Shown: positions 27,856 through 38,507, numbered from the stretch's first letter. The stretch is 64,000 bases of DNA from Nitrospirota bacterium (GCA_029261135.1 JAJDBX010000013.1:431-64430), one strand, 5' to 3'. Numbers and translations are program-made. Notes: a model not told the origin generated them from the letters alone.

Positions 27856-28998
27856 ATGTACGTTTCATTACTCTTTCTTTCGGCACTTTTTCTTGCCTAT
27901 GCCAATGGCGCAAACGATAATTTTAAAGGCGTGGCGACGCTGTATGGCAGCCAAACCGTTGGCTATAAAACCGCCATTCGAATTGCAACAGTTGCTACTT
28001 TTTCGGGTTCGATCGCTTCCTTTTATTTGGCACAAGGACTGGTCGCAAACTTTTCCGGAAAAGGCTTTATCCCACAAGATATTGCCGGTGGTGCTGTCTT
28101 TCTCATGTCAGTCGGCTTCGGGGCAGCGGCAACCGTGATCTTGGCAACTCGCCTGGGTTTTCCTATTTCGACAACCCATAGCTTGGTGGGTGCTTTGTTG
28201 GGTGCCGGGATCATGGCCGTGGGCTGGGATGTCAATTTTCAGCGTTTAGGCGGAACCTTTTTTATCCCCTTGTTCGTCAGTCCTTTTATCGCCTTTACGC
28301 TCTGTGCCATCGTATATTGGATATTTAATCGCAGCAGAGAGGCAATGGGTCTCAGCAAAGAAAGTTGTGTCTGTGTGGGTGAACAGAGGAGATTTGTGCC
28401 CGTCAGCAGTTTAATCGCCACGGACGCTTCTTATTCAGATCAGCCCATGGCATTGAACGCACTGGGTAATCGTGACCTTTCCATTGCGGTTGCCAACACG
28501 AATGAATGTGTCGATTTGTACACAGGCAGGGTATGGGGCATTGGCTTACAGAAACTGCTCGATCTCTCACATGGCCTCAGTGCAGCCGTGGTTTCATTTG
28601 CGAGAGGATTAAACGACACCCCGAAAATTTCGGGTTTACTTGTGGCAGTACAAGGATTCGATATCCGATGGGGGATGTCTGCCATTGCTGCCGGGATGGC
28701 GATGGGTGGATTACTCAATGCACGCAGGGTCGCTGAAACCATGAGCCATAAAATTACAGACTTAACACATGGCCAAGGTTTTTCAGCCAATCTGATAACC
28801 GGGTTTTTAGTGATCGTTGCCAGCAAATTTGGGGTGCCGGTATCGACCACACACGTTTCTGTGGGTGCGATTGTGGGAATCGGAGCCGTGAGCGGTCATC
28901 GCAATATCAAGATAATTTCTAATATTATGCTTTCCTGGCTGATTACATTGCCGATCGCAATGATATTCAGTGCATCTATCTATTTCATTTTTTCTTAG
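27856..28998 (+). CDS. PiT/PHO4-family anion transporter (phosphate or sulfate, CysP-like)
   Basis: ANGANDNF, GFPISTTH, ARGLNDTPK, GVPVSTTH. Confidence 0.9.
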   Translation: MYVSLLFLSALFLAYANGANDNFKGVATLYGSQTVGYKTAIRIATVATFSGSIASFYLAQGLVANFSGKGFIPQDIAGGAVFLMSVGFGAAATVILATRLGFPISTTHSLVGALLGAGIMAVGWDVNFQRLGGTFFIPLFVSPFIAFTLCAIVYWIFNRSREAMGLSKESCVCVGEQRRFVPVSSLIATDASYSDQPMALNALGNRDLSIAVANTNECVDLYTGRVWGIGLQKLLDLSHGLSAAVVSFARGLNDTPKISGLLVAVQGFDIRWGMSAIAAGMAMGGLLNARRVAETMSHKITDLTHGQGFSANLITGFLVIVASKFGVPVSTTHVSVGAIVGIGAVSGHRNIKIISNIMLSWLITLPIAMIFSASIYFIFS

Positions 28999-29122
28999 TG
29001 AGGTGCTATTGCAGCATGCACGGCCCAATAGCTAAAATAGTTTTCCACAGTTTTCGTATTGTCGTCGTAATAGCCCATAGTGCGGATAGGTTTTCCATCA
29101 ACCAAGAACTGGAGAATCCCCA

Positions 29123-30073
29123 ATGAAACGATGGCGTATCCTGTTTATCCTCTCTTTTCTCCTTCTCGGTTCGATTTTTTTATCTTGTTCCAATCCAAGC
29201 GGTTCAAACTCTGAAGCAAGTCATTGGACGATTCAGAAAAGCGGCACCACAGCGAACCTCAGTAGTGTGGTATTTGTTAATAACGAGAAAGGTTGGGTGG
29301 TGGGAGAAAATGGAACGATCCTTCATAGTAAGGATGGGGGAAAGACCTGGAATCCTCAGAAAAATAGTACAGATGCCGATCTGTTTTCTGTAGATTTTAT
29401 TAACGCGCAAGAAGGCTGGGCAGCAGGCAGTCAAAATACCTTCCTTCATACGCGTGATGGGGGACATTCCTGGTCGGTCATATCTCAAAATGGTGAAAAG
29501 ACGATTTTAGATATTGATTTTATCACGAAAGATAAGGGTTGGTCCGTTGGCACATTTCAAGATGTATTTAAAACAGATACGGGGGGGGCTCAGTGGGAAT
29601 CCCAATCGACGGAATCGACATTCAATTGGACAAGTGTTTTCTTCTTAGACCCGCGTGTCGGATGGGCGACCAGTATGCGGGGAGATATTATCCATACCCT
29701 GGATGGCGGGAAGACCTGGAAAGGTCAGATCCGGATTATACTCCCTCTAGCTGCGGTTCATTTTGTCGATGCGTTGATTGGCTGGTCCGGTGGTGCTGGC
29801 GGCAAACTTCTCAGTACGCAGGATGGTGGAGAAACCTGGGTGGAACAGAACTCAGGGGTAGAAGCAAATCTCTGGGGGCTTGTTTTTGTAGATCGACAGC
29901 TTGGCTGGGTCGTGGGAGAAAAAGGGTCAATACTACACACAACCGATGGAGGTCAACAATGGGTACAAAGCCCGAGCGGGACCCATGAAGATCTCTGGAA
30001 TGTCACATTTTCGGATGCCTCACACGCTTGGGCCGTAGGTCATGGGGGAACGATCCTCCGGTATGCTCGTTAA
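29123..30073 (+). CDS. YCF48-like BNR/Asp-box beta-propeller lipoprotein
   Basis: Lipobox FLSC; repeated GW.VG..G.IL.T.DGG.TW. Confidence 0.88.
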   Translation: MKRWRILFILSFLLLGSIFLSCSNPSGSNSEASHWTIQKSGTTANLSSVVFVNNEKGWVVGENGTILHSKDGGKTWNPQKNSTDADLFSVDFINAQEGWAAGSQNTFLHTRDGGHSWSVISQNGEKTILDIDFITKDKGWSVGTFQDVFKTDTGGAQWESQSTESTFNWTSVFFLDPRVGWATSMRGDIIHTLDGGKTWKGQIRIILPLAAVHFVDALIGWSGGAGGKLLSTQDGGETWVEQNSGVEANLWGLVFVDRQLGWVVGEKGSILHTTDGGQQWVQSPSGTHEDLWNVTFSDASHAWAVGHGGTILRYAR

Positions 30074-30453
30074 ATCCTAAATAAAAGACAGGAGAGGATT
30101 CTTTTCTTTCAAGAAATAAAGACTCCGTAAATCCAAAATAATGGGGACTTCTCCTCGTTACTTCTACTCTCCATCGTCCGATCCTTCATCACGTCAAAAT
30201 GCTACGAGATCCATGAGTTGCCATTTCCGGCCAATAATGGATCTCGGAAAACAGGGGGATCTTTCTTCTTTCAAATAAGTCTTTGATCTGTACGCCAGAC
30301 TACATCCCAATCGCTAAAGTCCTGCTATCTTATGACATATCCTAGATGTGAAGACTGAAACCGGCTATTCATTTATTCACCTAAAAATAGGGAAAATTAG
30401 TTTAAGCCCAGGATGAGAAAAGACGGTCATCCCTATGAAAAGGAGAGACAATC

Positions 30454-30798
30454 ATGACGGTGGATCTTACAGAAATTCAGGAAAAACTAAATAAAGTTTC
30501 TTGTCCCGTATGTCGCCATTCGACAATCGATGTGACCTTAAGATGTGATTTAGGATACGGAGAGTGTCTCGCAGTGGCAGGATGTAAAACCTGTGGAACG
30601 CAGTATGAGGTATCAACAGAAGGCCGTATATTAGAGAACGGCAAAAGATACACTCCAAAACTGGCTTGTCCAGGGTGTAACGAATCTGAGGTCAAACTGG
30701 AGATGCGCTGTGAACTTCCCTCCCGCCAATGTTTCTATGTGGCCCATTGCGAACCATGTAAGCATTCATTTATTACAAAAGAGGAGGGTATGCCATGA
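30454..30798 (+). CDS. Cys-rich protein with duplicated six-cysteine module
   Basis: CPVC..RCDLGYGEC..CKTC and CPGC..RCELPSRQC..CEPC; RBS AGGAG. Confidence 0.75.
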   Translation: MTVDLTEIQEKLNKVSCPVCRHSTIDVTLRCDLGYGECLAVAGCKTCGTQYEVSTEGRILENGKRYTPKLACPGCNESEVKLEMRCELPSRQCFYVAHCEPCKHSFITKEEGMP

Positions 30799-31523
30799 AA
30801 ATTATAGTTGCAACACCACTCTTTTTTGTAGCCCTCTTTGGGGCATCCTTGTGGTTTAGTGAGGCATCAGCATCAGAGGTGAAGGCTGATATCTCTATTT
30901 CAAACAATTATCTCTTTCGTGGGCTCACTCAAACCAATGATCAGGCTGCGGTACAGGGTGGCATCCAGTATCATCATCCTAGTGGTTTTTCTGGCGGATT
31001 GAACGTTTCCAATGTGGACTTCCGGCCTGGTGCTGGACCACAACGTAAATCGGTCTACACGGACAATGAAAACATTTATTTTTTTTCTTATGGCGATAAA
31101 TTGGGCGTTCTCGGTTATGAAGTTGGCGCAACAAACTATGAGTACCCATCGGGTGGGGGACCTCGGTTTCATGAGTTTAATGGTGGCATCCAATATAACA
31201 ATTATCGTCTTTTCCTCAATTATGATCCGGAACACGAGAATCTCTACTCAGCGCTTAATTACGAGGCCGAGATTAACGAAATCCTTTCCTGGCGCTTCCA
31301 TATCGGTTATTACCAGTTTGATGATCCCAGGGCATTAAGAAGAACCCCAAAATTCGATGACTACGGCGACATCAGTATTGGCATTAGAAGAAAGCTCTCT
31401 GCCGGGTTTGTGTGGGGTATGGATTTTACAGAGACGGATCTCGATACGGACTACAACGACGAATACTCGCACTTCGTGATATCGCTACACAAGTCATTTG
31501 ATCTGTTTGAGATTTCAGATTGA
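30795..31523 (+). CDS. TorF/Gcw_chp (TIGR02001-like) outer-membrane protein
   Basis: SNNYLFRGLTQT, AVQGGIQY.H.SGF, SNVDF, YEYP. Confidence 0.8.
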   Translation: MKIIVATPLFFVALFGASLWFSEASASEVKADISISNNYLFRGLTQTNDQAAVQGGIQYHHPSGFSGGLNVSNVDFRPGAGPQRKSVYTDNENIYFFSYGDKLGVLGYEVGATNYEYPSGGGPRFHEFNGGIQYNNYRLFLNYDPEHENLYSALNYEAEINEILSWRFHIGYYQFDDPRALRRTPKFDDYGDISIGIRRKLSAGFVWGMDFTETDLDTDYNDEYSHFVISLHKSFDLFEISD

Positions 31524-31861
31524 AGCTTATGGGTAGGTACATTAAAGTCTTTCGATTGTGGATTCTCGTTCCTGCCCGCCTCAAGCCCGAAGCCCTGTCG
31601 AAAAGATGGTTCAAGCACTTGCAGGCGGTACCAGATTGGTCGATTCATGGAGGATCCAGGCATTTTGAATAGGGGTGAAGAAAAGACCCCAATATAAAGT
31701 GCTGAGTTGGCAATTAAGAAATAAGGGAAAGCGTTTTGGTAACGGCACAAACGACAATCATACCGCAGAAGATAAAGACCTGCTGAAGAAGCAGGTTTAT
31801 CATTAAAGGGCACAAATCGGATTTGTACTTTGAATCTCGTTTTTACATGGAGAAAACAACT

Positions 31862-32506
31862 ATGGATTTAAAACAAGAAATTGAGAAGATGCAGCAAGAA
31901 CTTATCCCACAAATTCCAGAAGGTATCCTAAAGACTATTTTATCTGAAACTGAAAAGCTTGTCTCTTCCGGTCTCACAGATACAAGTCTTAAGAAGGGTG
32001 ATTTAGCCCCTTCCTTCACGCTGCCCAATACAACAGGGGTACCAATCACTTCCACCGATTTTCTGAAAACAGGTCCTCTGGTTGTAAGTTTTTATCGAGG
32101 AGGCTGGTGCCCATATTGTAATTTGGAACTTCATGCGCTCCAAAAAACCTTGCCAGAAATGAAAGCATTTGGCGCACAACTTGTGGCGATCTCACCCCAA
32201 AGCCCTGATAATTCCCTATCTACCCTGGAAAAGCATGGATTGACATTCGAGGTACTCAGTGATGTGGGCAACAAGGTTGGACAGGACTTTGGTCTGGTTT
32301 TCGCTTTAGCCGATAGGCTTCGTCCGATCTACAAGGAGTTCGGTTTCGATATCCCCGCTTACAATGGGGATAATAGCTATAAAATTCCGATTCCAGCAAC
32401 GTACATTATTGCCTCTGACAACACGATTGTCTACAGCTTTGTAAACGCTGATTATAGCCAACGTTCAGAACCTGCAGATATTATTGATACGCTCAAAGGG
32501 ATTTAA
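31862..32506 (+). CDS. Peroxiredoxin-like AhpC/TSA protein
   Basis: GPLVVSFYRGGWCPYCNLEL, LVAISPQSPD, PIPATYII. Confidence 0.9.
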   Translation: MDLKQEIEKMQQELIPQIPEGILKTILSETEKLVSSGLTDTSLKKGDLAPSFTLPNTTGVPITSTDFLKTGPLVVSFYRGGWCPYCNLELHALQKTLPEMKAFGAQLVAISPQSPDNSLSTLEKHGLTFEVLSDVGNKVGQDFGLVFALADRLRPIYKEFGFDIPAYNGDNSYKIPIPATYIIASDNTIVYSFVNADYSQRSEPADIIDTLKGI

Positions 32507-32982
32507 GTTTTAAGAAGAGATTAAGAAAAATGAAATGAAGTTGACTTTATCCTAATAAAGCATTTTGTGACTGGAACGGCAACGCGTTGTGGGACATCAG
32601 GTGTTGGAAAGAGACGAAAATTTAAGATGATCCCCTGGAGTTAATCAGTCTTCCGATTAAAAATAACGGAACATTCCCCTGTTAGCTTTCCTCTGAGATT
32701 ATTCTATTTTTTTGACACTTTTTGAATTTAAATCGCAGCTCAAAAATTCTAGCCCCTGAATATGAAGTTTTCTAAACTAAAATTATAACGCTAGATTTTC
32801 ATAAAAAAATCGTTGGTTATTTTATTCGTTATTGTATGCGGAGATACATCTAAATAAGGCTGAATAAAGGATAATTCTAACATAGTCGATCAGAAGGGAA
32901 TCATGGAAAAGTGAATTTCGAAGAAAGTAGGATCTTGAAATTACAGATTTCCCATATTTGAAATAAAGAAAAGGAGGGTGTG

Positions 32983-33153
32983 ATGCAGTGCCCAAGATGC
33001 GATGGCCTGATGGTCTCAGATCGGTTTCAGGATTTGAAAAATAGTACAGGCGAGTACAATTTTTTTGGTTCTCGTTGCATGATCTGTGGGGAGATTCTGG
33101 ATCCCACTATCTTAAAAAATCGAGAAGACATAGAACTTGAAATGGCTTATTAA
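32983..33153 (+). CDS. Small Zn-finger protein (56 aa; below the ORF-track cutoff)
   Basis: AAGGAGG RBS; MQCPRCDGLMVSDRFQDLKNSTGEYNFFGSRCMICGEILDPTILKNREDIELEMAY. Confidence 0.85.
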   Translation: MQCPRCDGLMVSDRFQDLKNSTGEYNFFGSRCMICGEILDPTILKNREDIELEMAY

Positions 33154-33198
33154 GTGAACTTTCGTTCATCTACAAACAAATGAGAGGAGGATCAAACA

Positions 33199-33496
33199 AT
33201 GAACGAGCCTACGATTAATCTTTACCAGGCAGAATGGTGTTCCTATTGCCGGAAGGTACGGATGTCGCTCACAGACTTGGGGATCACCTATACCCGCGTG
33301 AATGTCCCGCGCGACAAGGCTGAAAGGGGGAGCGCTCTTCAGGGTCTCAGGTCAGCGAGGAATCCCAACTCTCGTACAGGGTGACATCGTCATTGCGGAT
33401 GACGACGATGCCATCATTGCCTACCTGAAAGGTCGCTACAGTCAAGATTCAAAACTGAATTCAGGAGAAGTAGAAGAAACAGGTGTCTTAACATAA
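33199..33496 (+). pseudogene. Glutaredoxin/GST-N domain protein, frameshifted in a G run
   Basis: LYQAEWCSYCRKVR...VPRDKAER then, in the next frame, LFRVSGQRGIPTLV.GD...IIAYL; extra G at ~33326-33330. Confidence 0.82.
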
Positions 33497-33604
33497 ATGA
33501 TGCGAAACGGATTATTTACCATTCATAAAATGGGGCCTTCTTTAATAAAGGGTCATCGGCCCATGCGACCAAAATAAAATGCGTATCATCCAAATAGAAA
33601 CGAA

Positions 33605-33985
33605 TTGGATCCAGCCTTGACAGCACAACGATTTCAGACAGAGGTTCAGGAAATCCCAGGTCGGCCTGATGTTCTTATGCTCCTTGTCCAAGGAAGGATC
33701 AGCTATCATGAGGCGCCGGAGTTTCGAGAAATCATCTTTGATAAAGTCGCGAATACACGGGGCTCAGTCCTGGTTGTTGACCTGGGAGGGGTTGAGCAGA
33801 TTGATACAGCAGGTCTAGCAGTATTGCTTGAAGGTCTCTTGAGCGCTCAACTGCGGGATCTGCAGGTTCTTCTTTGTCAGCCAAGTGAATCGGTCGTTCA
33901 GGTTTTCCGCATGGCTAACCTGAATGAAGCCCTTGAGGCTTCTTGTACTTCACGGGGCGAGGTTGAGCAGCGCCTGATGTCGTAG
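33605..33985 (+). CDS. STAS domain protein (MlaB/anti-sigma antagonist-like)
   Basis: LVVDLGGVEQIDTAGLAVL, PSESVVQVF. Confidence 0.8.
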   Translation: MDPALTAQRFQTEVQEIPGRPDVLMLLVQGRISYHEAPEFREIIFDKVANTRGSVLVVDLGGVEQIDTAGLAVLLEGLLSAQLRDLQVLLCQPSESVVQVFRMANLNEALEASCTSRGEVEQRLMS

Positions 33986-33993
33986 GAATCTCT

Positions 33994-34791
33994 ATGGTAA
34001 GTCAGTTTATTCGTGGAGTAGGGCACAATTCCCTCGGGCTACTCGCAGAAGCCGGTGGGGTATGGCAACTCGCCGTGGCGAGTGTTGACTGTCTATTCGT
34101 CGGTCCTTTTCATGGTGATCGGATCCGTATTCGCCCCACGATTCTGCTGATCGTCAAAGCCGGTTACAATTCACTGTCGCTCTCTTCTCTGATCGCCCTG
34201 CTCGCCGGGATGATTATGGCCCTACAATCAGCGCAACAATTGGGTGAAGTGGGGGCGATCAGCCTGATGCCGAATCTGGTGGCGTCGTCGATTATCCGAG
34301 AGCTTGCGCCACTCCTCACGGCCATCATTGTGGCGGGCAGGTTCGGGTCCGCGATTGCTGCGGAGCTTGGTACGATGAAGGTGTCACAAGAGATCGATGC
34401 CTTGACCGTCATGGGGATTCATCCGATTTCTTTCCTCGTCGTCCCTAGGCTTTTGGCTCTCGCTATCTCTCTCCCCTGTCTGGTTATTTTTTCGGATCTT
34501 GTGGGGATCTTTGGCGGGCTGATGATTGCCGTCGGTGTCCTTAAGCTCGGAGCAACAGGGTATATGATCAGTACTTTCGATGCCCTGCAGTTGCAAGATG
34601 TTGCGACGGGTCTTGTTAAATCTCTTATTTTTGCCGTGATTATCGGCTTGATCAGTTGCCGGCAAGGGCTGAAGACCCAGGGGGGTGCGGAACAGGTTGG
34701 ACGTGCGACCACGGCCTCTGTGGTGCACTCTATTATTTTAATCATCGCTGCTGATCTTTTTGTCACGGCGATATTCTATCTTAAGGGATAA
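33994..34791 (+). CDS. mlaE: MCE-system ABC permease
   Basis: RELAPLLTAIIVAGRFGSAIAAELGTMKVSQEIDAL, GGAEQVGRATT. Confidence 0.92.
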   Translation: MVSQFIRGVGHNSLGLLAEAGGVWQLAVASVDCLFVGPFHGDRIRIRPTILLIVKAGYNSLSLSSLIALLAGMIMALQSAQQLGEVGAISLMPNLVASSIIRELAPLLTAIIVAGRFGSAIAAELGTMKVSQEIDALTVMGIHPISFLVVPRLLALAISLPCLVIFSDLVGIFGGLMIAVGVLKLGATGYMISTFDALQLQDVATGLVKSLIFAVIIGLISCRQGLKTQGGAEQVGRATTASVVHSIILIIAADLFVTAIFYLKG

Positions 34792-34795
34792 GGAG

Positions 34796-35626
34796 ATGAC
34801 GCAAACAACACCATTGATAGAAGCCCGTGGGCTCATAAAATCGTATAGAGGGCGGCGCATCATCGATCAATTGGATCTCACCGTAAACCATGGAGAGACC
34901 CTTGTTATTCTCGGTGCGAGTGGAAGTGGCAAGAGCACTTTACTCCGATGTCTTACCGGTCTTGAGCGTCCGGATGCTGGTTCTGTTCATATCCAGGGGG
35001 TCGATATTTTTGCCGACGATCAGGAAGCGATTGCTTCTCTGCGCTGTCGGATGGGGATGGCATTTCAGGGCGGTGCGCTCTTTGAGTCAATGACTCTCGC
35101 AGAAAATATCAATCTGCCACTGTCAGAATTCACCCGACTTCCGGTCTCAACACGACAAATTATAACCAGAATCAAGCTCGGAATGGTCGGTCTCGAAGAT
35201 GCGATGGATCTATTTCCTTCCCAGATCAGCGGAGGGATGAGAAAAAGAGCCGCTCTCGCGCGTGCCCTCGCCCTTGATCCAGAAATGCTTTTTTTTGATG
35301 AGCCGTCGGCGGGTTTAGATCCCGTTGCCTCAGCAGGTCTCGATCTTCTAATATTACAACTCAAGGAAGTGTTTCAGGTCACCCTCGTTATGGTCACACA
35401 CGAATTGGCGAGTGCTTTTTCCATCGCGGATCGTCTGGCATTAATGCATGAGGGCCGATTCTTAGTCGTTGGCTCCACCGCTGATGTGAAAAAAAGCAAA
35501 GACCCAATCGTTAGAAGATTCCTTGAGCGGATCCCTGCTAAGGCCCTGGAGGGTTCAAATTTCTACCAGCGCTTCACAGAAAGTGCGGGTGACTCGCGAG
35601 CAGTCCCGGAAGTGAACAATGAATAA
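34796..35626 (+). CDS. mlaF: MCE-system ABC ATPase
   Basis: GASGSGKS, FQGGALF, SGGMRKRAALARALALDP, FDEPSAGLDP. Confidence 0.92.
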   Translation: MTQTTPLIEARGLIKSYRGRRIIDQLDLTVNHGETLVILGASGSGKSTLLRCLTGLERPDAGSVHIQGVDIFADDQEAIASLRCRMGMAFQGGALFESMTLAENINLPLSEFTRLPVSTRQIITRIKLGMVGLEDAMDLFPSQISGGMRKRAALARALALDPEMLFFDEPSAGLDPVASAGLDLLILQLKEVFQVTLVMVTHELASAFSIADRLALMHEGRFLVVGSTADVKKSKDPIVRRFLERIPAKALEGSNFYQRFTESAGDSRAVPEVNNE

Positions 35627-36578
35627 TGAAACGAGATGGGCTGAAATCAAGGTAGGGGTTTTTGTCATAGGGGCTTTTTTGATCCTGATCATCGGCTCCC
35701 TTTGGATTACCGGGTCTCTATTTTTTCGAGGTCACCAACTAGATTATTGGGTTCTCATGAAAAGCTCTGGCGAGATAGAAGTCGGGGATCGCGTCCGAAT
35801 GTCGGGTGTCAGCGTTGGTCGAATCAAAGAAGTCAGGCTGCGTACAGACAAAGAATGGCCCGTCGCCTTTCAGGTCGCGCTCAGACCAGATGTCCCGATC
35901 AAAGCTGATAGTATGGCCCAGATTTTGACCTCAGGGCTGCTCGGAGACGGCTCGCTTCAGATCGGTCCAGGGACCTCCGAAGCACCTCTCCTAAAGCAGG
36001 GCGGAGAAATTTTCGGTCAAACCGCCCCGGATCTTCAGGAGCTCTTAGAAAAAATGGATCAGATGACAGGATTTATTAATGAAGTTTCCAAAGAGGCTCG
36101 GCCTGTTCTGGTGAATCTAAAAACGCTCATTTCAGAAGACAATGCAATGTATGTTCGGGAAATTCTTTTGGGTTTACAAGAAACAGTTGATCAGTCGGGG
36201 CCCCGTTTTTCTTCGCTCACGGCACGCCTTGATTCGATTTCTGAGCGATTGGAGACTGAGCTTGAGGAGGTGCCTCTGGTGATGAAGACCTTCTCGGAAC
36301 TCGGAAGCGATTTTCGGACGGCGATAGGCCCAAAGGGATCACGGTTAACAAAAATAGTTGATCGGGCGGAAAATACACTCATCTCGGCTCAAAGGTCTCT
36401 GTCGATCATAAACATCAATCGAGAGGAACTTGGCTCTACAATGAAAGACCTTCGGGCGACTGCATCAAATTTTAAAGAGTTCTCCCAACAGATCAAGGAA
36501 AGACCCTTCACCCTCACCCGTATTCATCCGGAAGCGGATCGTCGGCCCGGCCAAACACTGACGCAGGGCAGCCGATGA
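35619..36578 (+). CDS. mlaD: MCE/MlaD family protein with long helical C-terminus
   Basis: EIKVGVFV TM, VRMSGVSVGRI, GLLGD..LQI.PG. Confidence 0.85.
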   Translation: MNNETRWAEIKVGVFVIGAFLILIIGSLWITGSLFFRGHQLDYWVLMKSSGEIEVGDRVRMSGVSVGRIKEVRLRTDKEWPVAFQVALRPDVPIKADSMAQILTSGLLGDGSLQIGPGTSEAPLLKQGGEIFGQTAPDLQELLEKMDQMTGFINEVSKEARPVLVNLKTLISEDNAMYVREILLGLQETVDQSGPRFSSLTARLDSISERLETELEEVPLVMKTFSELGSDFRTAIGPKGSRLTKIVDRAENTLISAQRSLSIININREELGSTMKDLRATASNFKEFSQQIKERPFTLTRIHPEADRRPGQTLTQGSR

Positions 36579-37192
36579 AGCAATCATTGAGTCAATTGTT
36601 TCCCTTTATCCTCCTTTTATTTTCAGTTGGCTCGGGTTGTACAACAATCCCTAAAACACATTATTATCTACTCGAACTTGTAAAAGAAACTACCTTACAT
36701 GCTGAGGGAAGTAATCCCGGAATTGAGGTTGAGGTCAAAAACTTTCTTGTCGATCCACCTTATGATCAGGATCGAATTGTCTATCGGATGGGTTCAGGGA
36801 GTGCTGAAGTTGGCTTCTATGCCTACCATCGCTGGGCTGTTCCTCTGTCGCACATGTTGCCCAAGTTGGTGGCAGATAGCTTTAGTGAGACACCCGGCAT
36901 CACATCAATCGTACCTTCCATCCCGGGCCGACCCTATAGTGCGATACTTGATGGAAGGCTGTTATCTCTTGAGGAAATTGACACGCCGGAGGGACACCAG
37001 GTTCGGGTCCAAATGATCCTAACACTGCGGCTTCGCGATGAGAGCGTTATCTGGTCCGAAGCTCTTAATGGGGAGGCCATGACGGAAACCAGCACGGTCG
37101 GCGCAGTCGTTGAGAAGATGAGAGAGGCCTTAGCCGTTCTCCTTGCCAAAAGTCGAGAAAGCCTCGCCTCCGCGTTATTAAAAATGCCATAA
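36575..37192 (+). CDS. ABC transport auxiliary lipoprotein (PqiC-like)
   Basis: Lipobox GSGC; HYYLLE, YDQDRIVYR, YAYHRWA. Confidence 0.82.
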   Translation: MKQSLSQLFPFILLLFSVGSGCTTIPKTHYYLLELVKETTLHAEGSNPGIEVEVKNFLVDPPYDQDRIVYRMGSGSAEVGFYAYHRWAVPLSHMLPKLVADSFSETPGITSIVPSIPGRPYSAILDGRLLSLEEIDTPEGHQVRVQMILTLRLRDESVIWSEALNGEAMTETSTVGAVVEKMREALAVLLAKSRESLASALLKMP

Positions 37193-37252
37193 AGTTCATC
37201 ACTTCAGGTCTTGGTTTTGACGTTATAGGAAGAGGAAAAATCTTAGGTGAGT

Positions 37253-38164
37253 ATGGAGGGAACACGAATTGGAATACTCTCCTGCTTATTTTTTCTGTTC
37301 TGGTCGTTATTTTTAACTCTTTGAGAGGGCATGTTTTTGGAACCCCATAATCATGTTGCGTTGTGGCCACTCTTTTTTGCGCTGGCAGGCCTAGTGGGAT
37401 TTGTTGCTGAGAGAGCAAGTCTTTGCACAGTCAAGGCGGTCAAAGAGATACTCTCCACGAGACGTGCGTATATGCTTTGGTGTTTTGCCAAAACCGTGTT
37501 ATGGGTCATCGGGATTAGCATTATTCTGGCATGGGGAATCGAAGCTCCGGGGCCAGTCTCATTGGGTTTTTCCATCCTCGTGCCAGGTCTGCTCGGTGGG
37601 GTTATTTTTGGCGTAGGTGCTGTGCTCAACAGAGCTTGCTCACTCTCGACTTTGACCCGCCTCGGGAGTGGTGATCTTGGAATGATCACGACGTTAGTGG
37701 GTTTTGTGCTTGGCGTCACGATCAATGGATTGATTGAAGAATCAAGCTCTTGGATGACACCCATTCGCGCGGCACCTTGGTTCGATCTGAATGATGGTTC
37801 TGCATGGGTGTTGGGAGTCACATTAAGCCTATGGATGCTCTGGGAAAGTATTCGCTTGTGGAGAACGGCTCCCAAAACACACTGGAAAAAGCTCTTGGCC
37901 ACTCAGTCTCGATTGTCTACTGCCGCAGCTATTCTGGGTGTAAGCAATGGCATTTTGATGGGTTTCGGGGCAAAGCTCGTTCCAGGGGGAAATGATGTCT
38001 TGTTGCTGAATGCGATCCCAGGGTTTTCCCCGCATGCTTTACCCGCCTATTTTGCGATGTTAATTGGGATTGCGATCACACTGACCATCCTTAAGTGGTT
38101 TGGGGGTGAGTGGCACAAGGTCGACTGCGAAGGAGATCTGTGCCAAGAATCTAACAAGGTTTAA
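37253..38164 (+). pseudogene. YeeE/YedE (thiosulfate transporter-like) membrane protein, probably damaged
   Basis: GFVAERASLCTV, GGVIFGVGAVLNRAC, MGFGAKLVPGGND; in-frame TGA at 37322 cuts an N-terminal TM extension; apparent internal deletion at SNGIL|MGFG. Confidence 0.65.
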
Positions 38165-38507
38165 GCGTACAGACCCTGCCACGAAAGGAGTAAAAAAACA
38201 CCCGAATAGGACATGAGTGAGGAGTTGAGGCTCTGGCCTTTGCCATTACCAGTACAGATCTTCATGGCATCAAAGTTCGCTTATTTCCTCTGCTCTATTT
38301 CTCTTAATAGTGCGAACTTTGAATAGCTTGCGACAAATAGTGGAACAATAGAGTTTAGTCAGACTCGGAGGGTATCACTGAACTCGAAAGAATGTGGACT
38401 AATCACTTCACCTTGATTGACCAGACTCAATACCGTTCCGACAATTAAGGCCAGCTTAAACGATTTTTTCAAGCAAACAAAGAGTGCATCTTTCAATATT
38501 CCCTCCG

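Noticed and set aside
37322-37324. Selenocysteine TGA in YeeE
   Set aside because: Not at a recognisable Cys motif and no evident SECIS; more likely a Trp-to-stop change
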